Below are positions 45,518-53,980 of a stretch of DNA of 64,000 nucleotides, piece by piece; position 1 is the stretch's first letter, and each line of letters starts with the position of its first letter. The stretch is from positions 32,001 to 96,000 of the forward strand of contig JABIGM010000050.1 in NCBI GenBank assembly GCA_018650165.1, given 5' to 3'. This DNA comes from Methanobacteriota archaeon (GTDB lineage Archaea; Thermoplasmatota; Poseidoniia; Poseidoniales; Poseidoniaceae). A program made the translations under genes and the position numbers. The notes beneath the pieces were generated by a model. That model ran no database searches. It saw only the letters and a program-made list of their open reading frames with translations, and was not told where the DNA came from.

Positions 45518-45536
45518 GACCCACCATAGGTGGGTC
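45518..45536. terminator. Hairpin GACCCACC-ATA-GGTGGGTC directly after the moeB stop
   Basis: Perfect 8-bp stem immediately 3' of the moeB stop on the minus strand; no U-tract. Confidence 0.35.
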
Positions 45537-46628
45537 TCAGCCATGTATGATACCTTCTGGGTTTGTTTCAGCCCAATCCAAGATTCCACCCGACAGATTA
45601 TACAATTTTGAGGCATCATAACCGGCTTGAATCAATTGCATTATTGCAATTTGAGACCTCATCCCCGATCTACAGTGGACTAAGACATCTTGGTCTTTGG
45701 GAATTTGGTCAATGGCGGATAATATCTCATCGTGTGGACACATGTACACCGCTTTTGAAATCCGAGCCTGATCCCATTCATTTTGTGAACGGACATCAAT
45801 AAAACATGGATTCCAGCCTTCATCCATTTTTTCGATAGCTTTGGAAGGGGGGATTGTGTGGAACATCAATTCATTGGCAGGGATATCTGATTTTTCAACT
45901 TGTTCACTATTTGAATTACCAAATGAAAGAATTCTTTGCTTAGATTCTAATGAATCATAGATTAGTAATTTACCTGAAAGTGGAGTTCCAATCTCAAGAA
46001 TTATTTTTATTGCTTCACTTGCTTGTATACAACCGATTAATCCCGGAATAACACCGATAACACCTGCATCTGCACAAGATGGAATTAATTCATCCGGTGG
46101 TGCCACGGGAAATAAATCCCGATACCTTGGACCACCTTTGTAATTGAACACTGAGGCTTGGCCTTCGAATCTATAAACCGAGCCATAGACCCATGGAATT
46201 CCTAATTCCATACAGGTATCATCAATTAAATATCTAGTTGGAATATTGTCAGTTCCATCTATGACTAAATCATGTCCCTTAAACAATTCATTTGCATTTT
46301 CCGAGTTCAATCTAACAACCTTTGAAGCAACTGAAATATTTGGGTCTAGGTCGTTAACAAATCTCTTTGCTGAATCAGCTTTAGGATGTCCAATGTCTGT
46401 ACTTCGGTGAATTACTTGCCGTTGTAAGTTGGAAATGTCAACATTATCATCATCAATAAGTGTGAGGTGACCAACTCCTGCTGCAGCAAGATATTGAATT
46501 ACGGGGCTTCCTAAGCCGCCTGCGCCCACGCATAAAATTCGTGCTTTTGCCAGACGTGCCTGCCCTTCTGCTCCGACTTGAGGTAACAGTATATGGCGCG
46601 AATGGCGGTCGATGTTTACCATTCTCAT
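45537..46628 (-). CDS. moeB: MoeB/MoeZ-type E1-like adenylyltransferase with C-terminal rhodanese domain
   Basis: SRHILLPQVG, VGAGGLGSP, SNLQRQ, DGTDN, PSCADAGVIG, rhodanese HCRSGMRS. One of the two CXXC Zn motifs appears lost (PRYRDL). Confidence 0.88.
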   Translation of the reverse strand: MRMVNIDRHSRHILLPQVGAEGQARLAKARILCVGAGGLGSPVIQYLAAAGVGHLTLIDDDNVDISNLQRQVIHRSTDIGHPKADSAKRFVNDLDPNISVASKVVRLNSENANELFKGHDLVIDGTDNIPTRYLIDDTCMELGIPWVYGSVYRFEGQASVFNYKGGPRYRDLFPVAPPDELIPSCADAGVIGVIPGLIGCIQASEAIKIILEIGTPLSGKLLIYDSLESKQRILSFGNSNSEQVEKSDIPANELMFHTIPPSKAIEKMDEGWNPCFIDVRSQNEWDQARISKAVYMCPHDEILSAIDQIPKDQDVLVHCRSGMRSQIAIMQLIQAGYDASKLYNLSGGILDWAETNPEGIIHG

Positions 46629-46631
46629 GCC

Positions 46632-47564
46632 TCAATGTACATTTTCTTCAAGCCATTTTTCGCAATCTATTGCTGCTTGGCAACCAAGACCTGCTGCAGT
46701 GATTGCTTGCTTGTAGCGCGTATCTACGACATCTCCTGCTGCAAATACTCCTTCTACATTTGTCATGGTATGTTCTCTGTGAATCAAATAACCTTCTTCA
46801 TTAGTTTCTAATTGACCTTCAAGGAAGTTGGTAATCGGCGTATGGCCAATTGCGATGAAGGCGCCGCTTACTGCGATTTCTTCAGTGGAACCGTCTCTCG
46901 GGTCTTCTAATACAGCACCGGTCAATCCAGAATCATCGGAAAGCCATTTCTTTACTTGGCGGAATGTCTTAATCTCAATTTTCTCATGATTAGCGGCACG
47001 ATCATACATCACTTGTGATGCACGAAACACATCTCTTCGATGGACAAGAGTAACCTTTGATGCGAACCGCGTTAAGAAAGTCGCTTCTTCCATAGCAGAG
47101 TCTCCTCCACCAACAACCATTATTTCCTGTTCTCTGAAAAATGCCCCATCACAAGTTGCACATGTTGAAATTCCTCTGCCCTTTTGTTCCTCTTCACCTT
47201 CGACTCCAAGCCAAATCGATTCTGCACCTGTTGATACAATGATTGAATGAGTAAGATATTCATCACCTTCTGAATAAACTTTGAATGGGCGCTCTGACAA
47301 ATCAACACGGTCTACGTTACGGTCTTGAACTTCAAGTCCAAATCGTTCAGCCTGTTCGCGCAACTCCATCATCATCTCAGGGCCACCAATTCCTTTAGGG
47401 TACCCTGGGAAGTTTTCGATGTCACTTGTCAGCATCAATTGCCCTCCAGACATGTAGCCTGCAAACATCAGCGGCTCTAACATTGCACGACCTGTGTACA
47501 ACCCTGCAGTATATCCAGCAGGTCCACTTCCGATGATTATTACGTTGCGAATATTGTCGCCCAT
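46632..47564 (-). CDS. trxB: Thioredoxin-disulfide reductase
   Basis: IIGSGPAGYTA, GGQL, GISTCATCDG, VVGGGDSAMEEA, VHRRD, GVFAAGD, QAITAAG. Start at ATG 47564. Confidence 0.96.
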   Translation of the reverse strand: MGDNIRNVIIIGSGPAGYTAGLYTGRAMLEPLMFAGYMSGGQLMLTSDIENFPGYPKGIGGPEMMMELREQAERFGLEVQDRNVDRVDLSERPFKVYSEGDEYLTHSIIVSTGAESIWLGVEGEEEQKGRGISTCATCDGAFFREQEIMVVGGGDSAMEEATFLTRFASKVTLVHRRDVFRASQVMYDRAANHEKIEIKTFRQVKKWLSDDSGLTGAVLEDPRDGSTEEIAVSGAFIAIGHTPITNFLEGQLETNEEGYLIHREHTMTNVEGVFAAGDVVDTRYKQAITAAGLGCQAAIDCEKWLEENVH

Positions 47565-47639
47565 GTATCTACCAAGGGAATAGCATCCTTGAACATTGCC
47601 TCTCAACATTCAAGAATAAACTGCAATTCGCAAGTAAAT

Positions 47640-48179
47640 ATGGATGTTTTTTCACATTGGCTCTGGGGCATGGCATTAACCCGTGGGAAAATGTCATGGA
47701 AGGTTAGTGGACCAATGAGTGTACTACCTGACCTCTTGGCATTTATTCCAAACACAATTTATGGATTGATTTATGGAATATCAAGGGTCGATATCGATAA
47801 CGCAGTTACCGAAGATATGCCTTTTGCGTGGTCGATTTACCAGTGGACTCACTCACTAACAATAGTTCTCGTTCTATTTTTGGCAGCTTGGTATATTCTA
47901 AAATCTAAGGAACATGAAAACCCGAGATATATGGCTTGGATTTTTGTATTGCCTTGGTTTTTCCATATACTACTAGATATTCCCGGGCATACTATTGATT
48001 TCTTCCCAACACCTTTCCTTCACCCATTCAGTGATCTCATGTTGGATGGGGTGAGATGGAGTACCTGGTGGTTCTTCTGGCCGCAAGCCATTATTCTAGG
48101 AGCGCTGTGGTGGTATATTTTGAAGACAGAGAAGGCTCACAGCATAGAAGAAATTGCAGACACTGCCGCCCTAGCATGA
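47640..48179 (+). CDS. Membrane-bound metal-dependent hydrolase (YdjM-like)
   Basis: MDVFSHW, LPDL, QWTHSL, HILLDIPGH metal-ligand pattern; hydrophobic. Confidence 0.75.
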   Translation: MDVFSHWLWGMALTRGKMSWKVSGPMSVLPDLLAFIPNTIYGLIYGISRVDIDNAVTEDMPFAWSIYQWTHSLTIVLVLFLAAWYILKSKEHENPRYMAWIFVLPWFFHILLDIPGHTIDFFPTPFLHPFSDLMLDGVRWSTWWFFWPQAIILGALWWYILKTEKAHSIEEIADTAALA

Positions 48180-48532
48180 GGCTCTAGGCGAGGCTCGATG
48201 TGCTTCTCTTCTGCGCCGGGACCAATAATGCCTAAACCAATCGGTTTACCATGTTCTAATTGTAATTCAATTATTGATTTGATAACTGCTTGTCCCATTG
48301 CCAGTCCGTGCTTTGTACTACCTTTCTCAATTATTCCAAGACATGCTGCACCGTGAATATCGTCACGAGAGATTAAGCGGGAAAGAGCCAATGGAACTTC
48401 CATTGCCCCCGGCACCCATACGATTTCTACAATCGTCATGTCTTCGCTAGCCGCTTGGTTTTCAGCATAAGCAAGCATTCTCGAAATCTCTGCTTTATGA
48501 AAACTCCCACATACAATTGCAATTTGTGTCAT
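48137..48532 (-). CDS. ribH: 6,7-dimethyl-8-ribityllumazine synthase
   Basis: IAIVCGSF, VPGAMEVPL, CLGII.KG.TKH, PIGLGIIGPG. Confidence 0.9.
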   Translation of the reverse strand: MTQIAIVCGSFHKAEISRMLAYAENQAASEDMTIVEIVWVPGAMEVPLALSRLISRDDIHGAACLGIIEKGSTKHGLAMGQAVIKSIIELQLEHGKPIGLGIIGPGAEEKHIEPRLEPHARAAVSAISSML

Positions 48533-49134
48533 ACTCTTTCCTCCAGAATCTTTTCCACAGTTGAAACAATAGTTTGCGTCATTGAATCGACTTCGATATT
48601 AACATGTTCACCAAGTCCTTTCCCGCCAATCGTGGTTAGTTGAATTGTCTCTGGAATTAGATGTAAGGCAAACCCTCCTTCACTAATGTGACCGACTGTT
48701 AAAGAAATACCATCTATTGCGATGTAGCCTTTTTCTTGAATATATTTCATTATATCATCCGGACAGTCGATGAAGATATCCAAAAACTCATTCCCATCAT
48801 CCCGTTCAATTATTTCCCCGACCCCAAATATGTGGCCTGACAGTAGATGCCCTCCTATCTCATCGCCAAATTTGAGGGCGCGCTCAAGATTTACCCAATG
48901 GCCCTCGATTTTTTCTCCTAGTGTGGTCAATGAAAGGGTCTCGGGAATTACGTCGAATGAAATCAATCTATCATCAATATCCACAACAGTAAGGCAGACA
49001 CCATCGACTGAAACTGATGCTCCTTCGACTAACCCGTCTACTGAAACCATTCCAAAATCAATTACTAAACGGATTACTTCCTCGCCTTCTATTTGAGAAA
49101 TCCGACCCATGCCTGCAACAATTCCAGTGAACAT
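48529..49134 (-). CDS. ribE: Riboflavin synthase, bacterial-type (duplicated lumazine-binding domains)
   Basis: MFTGIV N-terminus, SVSVDGVCLTV, VNLERAL, GGHLLSGHI, GYIAIDGISLTV, VNIEVD. Confidence 0.93.
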   Translation of the reverse strand: MFTGIVAGMGRISQIEGEEVIRLVIDFGMVSVDGLVEGASVSVDGVCLTVVDIDDRLISFDVIPETLSLTTLGEKIEGHWVNLERALKFGDEIGGHLLSGHIFGVGEIIERDDGNEFLDIFIDCPDDIMKYIQEKGYIAIDGISLTVGHISEGGFALHLIPETIQLTTIGGKGLGEHVNIEVDSMTQTIVSTVEKILEERV

Positions 49135-49592
49135 CAATTCACCTCCTTGTCTTTGCTATTGTGGAACGAGGAACGTTCTAGTATCCTAGCAATGATTTTT
49201 CGAGTCCCATCCAAATCATCGGATAAGCCTTCAACCCTTACAACTTTGATGTGGCCAAGACCTCTCTCCTCAAGCGAACTACGGATTCGTTCTTCAGCGT
49301 GTTCTTGGTCATATCCTAAAGCAATAATATCGGGATTAACCTTTGGTAAAATATCGAATATTGGTATATCAGGGGAGTTTCCAATCACGGCTTCATCAAC
49401 TGGTTTTAGGCCTTCAACCATCCTTCTGCGTAAATCTTGGCCCGTTATTGGATCATGCTTACGCTTTCTGACAGTATCATCATGAGCAACAACGACTACT
49501 AGGTAATCACCAAGCGATTTCGCTTGCTCCATATAATGCAGATGTCCAGCATGTAATAGGTCGAAGACCCCCACTGCCATCACACGAATCAT
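49134..49592 (-). CDS. ribL: Archaeal FAD synthetase (cytidylyltransferase fold)
   Basis: GVFDLLHAGHLHY, VVVAHD, LKPVDEAVIG, PDIIALGYDQ; located inside the rib operon. Confidence 0.85.
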   Translation of the reverse strand: MIRVMAVGVFDLLHAGHLHYMEQAKSLGDYLVVVVAHDDTVRKRKHDPITGQDLRRRMVEGLKPVDEAVIGNSPDIPIFDILPKVNPDIIALGYDQEHAEERIRSSLEERGLGHIKVVRVEGLSDDLDGTRKIIARILERSSFHNSKDKEVN

Positions 49593-49624
49593 ATGTTATC
49601 CTCCTTTCATGGGAAAAGGTACTC

Positions 49625-50323
49625 TCACTTAGAGCCTAGGGCACTAATCAATTCCTCACCGGTCAAGAATGGTATTCCTCTTTCATTAGCCCAAATGCGA
49701 GCATCTTCTACAGGCAATGCGAGATCCCCGTCAGGTTGTAACATCTCAGCCCCAATGACGACTGGCGTCATTCCGGAGAGACGTGCTAGGCCAACAGCGA
49801 GTTCGGTATGCCCTTGTCGGCGCGACAGGCCGCCTTCTGTCTCTCTACAGACTGGTATATGCCCTGGAGTGCGAAACTCTTCTCCCAGCTTTTCAAGTGC
49901 ATCATCGCCATCTTTTAGTTCGGCATATAGTTCAGCAAACCTTCGAGTAGTGAGTGCTCGATCACGATCTGTGATTCCTGTAAACGTATCACGATGATTT
50001 AACGATAAAGTGAATGCACTGCGAGTATCGTATTGAAGGTCGTTTGTCTGTAAGTGACGAAGTACTGGGTAATCCGCTAATAATCTGGCATCCATGTGCA
50101 AATCTTGTAAAAATGGTAATGAAAACCTCTCTCCAACTTCATGCCCAATTGCAAGGAAAAGTAACCCTCCACAATCGAATCGTAATTGCCTCATAGTTGC
50201 AGCATCGGCACATTGGCCGGGAAATAATAAATCAGTTTCCCCTTCCCTATTCTCTGCATCGAATAAACAGACTGGATTGCCATGACGGAATGCATTAACT
50301 GCGGCCTCCACATGTGCCTCCAT
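49625..50323 (-). CDS. ribB: 3,4-dihydroxy-2-butanone-4-phosphate synthase (archaeal type)
   Basis: FDAENREGETDL, SAFTLSLNH, TGITDRDRALT, FRTPGHIP, RQGHTE. Confidence 0.92.
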   Translation of the reverse strand: MEAHVEAAVNAFRHGNPVCLFDAENREGETDLLFPGQCADAATMRQLRFDCGGLLFLAIGHEVGERFSLPFLQDLHMDARLLADYPVLRHLQTNDLQYDTRSAFTLSLNHRDTFTGITDRDRALTTRRFAELYAELKDGDDALEKLGEEFRTPGHIPVCRETEGGLSRRQGHTELAVGLARLSGMTPVVIGAEMLQPDGDLALPVEDARIWANERGIPFLTGEELISALGSK

Positions 50324-50446
50324 ATTCCGCCCGACCCGGTTCTCTCAAATGAACCAAACCCTCCCTAATTAGAACAATTTTGGTACGAATGACGGAAAGG
50401 GGTTAACATAGGACAGCCCTTCCGCCTGTTCTGCGGGAGTGGGTGC

Positions 50447-51652
50447 ATGGCAGTAAAGTTAGGTCCGGCTGGAGTTCCTCTCTCGTGTAAAGGGCGAACA
50501 ATCGTTGAAGGAATGGACGATATTATCTCTCTCGGATTGGAGACTATGGAGGTACAAACTGTACGCATGGTTTCCCCGCAGCACTTTGAACAGTATTGGC
50601 AGGCTGGAGTTCTAGCTCACAAAACTGGTTTCGAAATGAACATACACGGGCCGTACTATTCTGAACTACTTGGAGACCGTTTACAACGCAATAGAAGCCT
50701 AGCTAAAGTTGAGGCGGCGCTACAAGCGGCTAAAACAATCAATGCTAGGCACGTTACCTTACATGCTGGCCATTATGGCGAGATGGGGCGAGGGCAAGCA
50801 GCAAATGAACAAGTTGCTAGTGTATTCAAAGGAATTGTTCAGAGGGTTCACGATATTTGGAATGATGATGAAGAAATTTATCCTGTATTCCCATGGTTGA
50901 AGGACGGCACTCCTGCTAAAATCGGAGTCGAGACTAGTGGTCGACAGGAACTTTGGGGTAGCCTAGAAGAAGTTCTCGAAGTGGTCAACCATGTTGAAGG
51001 CACAATTCCAGTAATTAATTTGGCACATGTTCACGCCCGTGGACACGGTAGATTGCGTACCTCAGAAGATTATGGTGAATTGTTTGATCAAGTTCGAGAG
51101 ACTATCGGGACTAAACAATTCTATTGTCACTTTTCAGGCGTGGAACACCGCATGGGTAATGCAATGCATTACACTCAGATTAAAAAATCAGATTTGAATT
51201 TCGAGCCGTTAGCTGAATTTATCATCGAAGAAGGCGCTTGGCTAGATATGACTTTGATTTCAGATTCACCATTGCTCGAACACGATGCAATGTATATGGT
51301 TCAAAATATTGAGAGAGCACGACACCGTCAGCTAGAGAGAAAGGCTCGAGAGGATAGGCGCAAGGCACTTGCAGCCCAGGCTAATATTTCCCCAGAGGAA
51401 ATGGAAGCAAGAGAAGTTGAAATCGCAGCAGCACGTGCTAAAGATGCACTTGCTAAAGTTCAACCTGTAAAAGCAACAAAGACTGTTGCCGAACCTGCTA
51501 AGGAAGAGGAAACAGTTGCTGAACCTGCTAAGGAAGAAAAGAAGGTCACTGACGAAAAGAAAGGCGCTGCTAAGGCAAAGAAGTCTGCGGCTAAAAAAGA
51601 TGATAATGATGATCTATTCGTCACAGAAGACGATGATGATGATCTATTTTGA
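50447..51652 (+). CDS. nfo: Endonuclease IV / AP-endonuclease-2 TIM barrel with charged C-terminal extension
   Basis: KLGPAG, IHGPYY, TLHAGHY, GVETSGR, NLAHVHAR, YCHFSG, MHY, ISDSP; then a Lys/Ala/Glu-rich tail ending DDDDDLF. Confidence 0.8.
   Translation: MAVKLGPAGVPLSCKGRTIVEGMDDIISLGLETMEVQTVRMVSPQHFEQYWQAGVLAHKTGFEMNIHGPYYSELLGDRLQRNRSLAKVEAALQAAKTINARHVTLHAGHYGEMGRGQAANEQVASVFKGIVQRVHDIWNDDEEIYPVFPWLKDGTPAKIGVETSGRQELWGSLEEVLEVVNHVEGTIPVINLAHVHARGHGRLRTSEDYGELFDQVRETIGTKQFYCHFSGVEHRMGNAMHYTQIKKSDLNFEPLAEFIIEEGAWLDMTLISDSPLLEHDAMYMVQNIERARHRQLERKAREDRRKALAAQANISPEEMEAREVEIAAARAKDALAKVQPVKATKTVAEPAKEEETVAEPAKEEKKVTDEKKGAAKAKKSAAKKDDNDDLFVTEDDDDDLF
51482..51538 (+). repeat. 30-bp tandem duplication (TVAEPAKEE x2)
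   Basis: actgttgccgaacctgctaaggaagag / acagttgctgaacctgctaaggaagaa. Confidence 0.85.
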
Positions 51653-51702
51653 TAAATCGATTCTACTGCAAAATTGATAATTGAAGGCCTGTAACTCGTT
51701 TC

Positions 51703-52272
51703 ATGGCCTTACCTATATTGTACTCTTTTAGGCGGTGCCCGTATGCAATGCGTGCTCGAATGGCAATAGTACGAACTGGTTTCCAAATAGAGCACCGAGA
51801 AGTGATTCTAAGAGATAGGCCCGACCATATGCTGAAAATATCACCTAAGGGAACGGTTCCTGTAATGCTACTAGCAGATGGTAATGTGATTGAAGAAAGT
51901 TTAGAAATTATGGAGTATGTCCAATCTTGGAAATTGAATGAAGAAGAGAGAGGTTGGATAAATCGTAATGATAACGAATTCAAATTTCATCTTGATAGAT
52001 ACAAATATCCAAATCGATATGAAAATGTCGATGCAGTTGAACATAGAGATGCTGCAAGTAAATATCTCTTAGATCTCAATGTCAATCTCCCTAAAGGAAA
52101 TTTAAGTGATGCCATTTTCCCATTTGTTAGACAATTTGCTAACCACGACAGAGTTTGGTTTGACTCACAAAACTGGACAAGAGTCCACCTATGGTTAAGT
52201 GAAAATCTTGAAAGTGAGGCTTTTGCAAAATGTATGACAAAATATCCTCAATGGCAACCAGAACAAGTCTGA
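51703..52272 (+). CDS. Glutathione S-transferase family protein
   Basis: LYSFRRCPYAMRAR, SPKGTVPV, IEESLEIM, AIFPFVRQFA. Confidence 0.88.
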   Translation: MALPILYSFRRCPYAMRARMAIVRTGFQIEHREVILRDRPDHMLKISPKGTVPVMLLADGNVIEESLEIMEYVQSWKLNEEERGWINRNDNEFKFHLDRYKYPNRYENVDAVEHRDAASKYLLDLNVNLPKGNLSDAIFPFVRQFANHDRVWFDSQNWTRVHLWLSENLESEAFAKCMTKYPQWQPEQV

Positions 52273-52335
52273 AAATCAAAACCTGGTTCGGATTAAAGGC
52301 TCTAATAACTCGCATGTAAGGGGTAATGATAGGGA

Positions 52336-52353
52336 AATCCCCTAAAGGGGATT
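52336..52353. promoter_or_regulatory. Palindrome AATCCCCT-AA-AGGGGATT upstream of gpsA
   Basis: 8-bp perfect arms, 18 nt before ATG 52372 and just downstream of AAGGGGTAAT. Confidence 0.4.
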
Positions 52354-52371
52354 GGTAAGCCACGGGATACT

Positions 52372-53370
52372 ATGGCTCATATTGCGGTACTCGGATTGGG
52401 TAATTGGGGAAGTGCTATTGCACGCTTGTGGCTTCTAGACGGACACAATGTCAAAGGGTGGACTGTTGAACAAGAAGTGTATGAATCAATTACGATGGAA
52501 GGTATGAATCACAAATACTTACCAGAACATTCTCTTGAGGGGCTTGAAGCCACAATGCATGTCGAAGAGGTTCTTGAAGGCAGTGAAATTATTGTACTTG
52601 CATTACCATCATCGGTTATCTTGAATGTTGTTGAGGATATTATAGAGCATCTGAGACCTGGCCATGTACTTCTTGACCTTGCTAAAGGATTAGCACCTGG
52701 AAAGAGATTGATTAGCGAAGCAATTCACCAAATGTTGAACGAGAAAAATATGCATAACCCGTTAGCTGTACTTACAGGTCCGACGATTGCACCTGAAGCC
52801 GCTGGTGGCGTTATGACCACTGCATTAGTTGCCAGCGAAGATATGTCCGTTGCAGAGAACCTTGCTGCAACACTCACAACACCTACATTCATTCTTCATG
52901 CAGCATCAGATCCTGTTGGAGCGGAGTTATGGGGTGCTTTCAAGAATGTAGTGGCCCTTGCTTGTGGCCTTGTTGATGGACTAAAACAAATCGGCTCTTT
53001 GGGTGGTGACAATCTGAAAGCAGCAATTTTCAATGCTGGATTCCGCGAGGGGTGTCTCTTACTTCCACAACTAGGAGCAAGAGCGGAAGTTGCATTTGGC
53101 CCAGCTGGTCTTGGAGACCTCTATGTCACAGCAACTTCACCGCACGGAAGAAACAGAAAGATGGGCGAAAAATTGGGTAGTGGATTGACTCTGGAACAAG
53201 CACTCGAAGAGATGGTAATGGTCGCTGAAGGAGTTAGGGCGGCTCGAATGTTTAGAGACAGGGCTATCGATATGGGTATTGATATACCATTTGTCAAGGC
53301 CCTCAATACCCTGCTTGATGGTTTCATTGATGCTGAAGAGTGCTGCAGAAGAATGGTAATTCTTTCGTGA
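52372..53370 (+). CDS. gpsA: NAD(P)H-dependent glycerol-3-phosphate dehydrogenase
   Basis: VLGLGNWGSA, NHKYLP, LAKGL, LTGPTIA, GAFKNVVALACG, GPAGLGDLYVTATS..GRNR, VAEGV. Confidence 0.93.
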   Translation: MAHIAVLGLGNWGSAIARLWLLDGHNVKGWTVEQEVYESITMEGMNHKYLPEHSLEGLEATMHVEEVLEGSEIIVLALPSSVILNVVEDIIEHLRPGHVLLDLAKGLAPGKRLISEAIHQMLNEKNMHNPLAVLTGPTIAPEAAGGVMTTALVASEDMSVAENLAATLTTPTFILHAASDPVGAELWGAFKNVVALACGLVDGLKQIGSLGGDNLKAAIFNAGFREGCLLLPQLGARAEVAFGPAGLGDLYVTATSPHGRNRKMGEKLGSGLTLEQALEEMVMVAEGVRAARMFRDRAIDMGIDIPFVKALNTLLDGFIDAEECCRRMVILS

Positions 53371-53407
53371 TGGTAGCCTTGATGTGCTTGGCCACGCTGG
53401 GAGTGTC

Positions 53408-53620
53408 ATGGCAGACCTCACTGAATTCGAGTTACGTCTTTTCGAATGGATTAAACAGTCCGATTTTGAGGTCGTAGCTTGGTCTACTAAAAAAGCGGCT
53501 AAATCATTCAAATGCAAAGAAGATGAGATCTATGAAGGAGTTGCTTCTTTGACCAAAAAATTACCAAATAGAATCCAGGTATACTATGAAGAAGGGAATG
53601 TACACATCGCTGCAGAATGA
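53408..53620 (+). CDS. Small hypothetical protein (possible winged helix)
   Basis: 70-aa ORF with a GGAG SD, 4-bp overlap with the next gene; helix-helix-helix then beta-hairpin-like pattern. Confidence 0.6.
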   Translation: MADLTEFELRLFEWIKQSDFEVVAWSTKKAAKSFKCKEDEIYEGVASLTKKLPNRIQVYYEEGNVHIAAE

Positions 53621-53949
53621 GCATGGATAAAGATACCTTACTCATCGATGGTCTTTGCGGCCTATGTACTAAAACTGGGAAATTTATTTCAAATCGCCTG
53701 TCTCGTTATTTGGAAATAACCGAGCAAGAATCAGAGATTGGAATCGAATTGCTAAATCGCTATCAAGTCAACACAGATACACTTGTTTTAATCAGAAAAA
53801 ACAAGATGTATTCGCATTCTTCTGCTGCGATTAGGTGCTTACTATACATGAGGTGGAATTGGATTTGGTTGTTCCCTTTCGCATGGATAATCCCTCGCCC
53901 TATCCGAGATTTCGTTTACAATATTGTTTCCAGTTTTAGGGAGCCCTAA
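53617..53949 (+). CDS. DCC1-like (DUF393) thiol-disulfide oxidoreductase
   Basis: LIDGLCGLC (DxxCxxC), DTLVLI, YSHSSAAI, PRPIRDFVYNIV. Confidence 0.88.
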   Translation: MSMDKDTLLIDGLCGLCTKTGKFISNRLSRYLEITEQESEIGIELLNRYQVNTDTLVLIRKNKMYSHSSAAIRCLLYMRWNWIWLFPFAWIIPRPIRDFVYNIVSSFREP

Positions 53950-53955
53950 TCTTTA

Positions 53956-53969
53956 TTAGGCTAGCCTAA
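53956..53969. promoter_or_regulatory. DtxR/IdeR-family metal-repressor box TTAGGCTAGCCTAA
   Basis: Perfect 14-bp palindrome matching the TTAGG-N4-CCTAA DtxR-family core; overlaps CTTTATT and lies 11 nt upstream of an iron permease ORF. Confidence 0.75.
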
Positions 53970-53980
53970 AACCGACCGGC

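Noticed and set aside
48137-48179. Convergent 3' overlaps (also 16281-16314, 36219-36229, 40542-40573) as antisense regulation
   Set aside because: Short tail-to-tail overlaps are routine in compact genomes; nothing further supports a regulatory role.
50324-50446. FMN (RFN) riboswitch upstream of ribB
   Set aside because: The intergenic region is short, shared with a divergent gene, and lacks the RFN conserved blocks; only a 5-bp hairpin is present.
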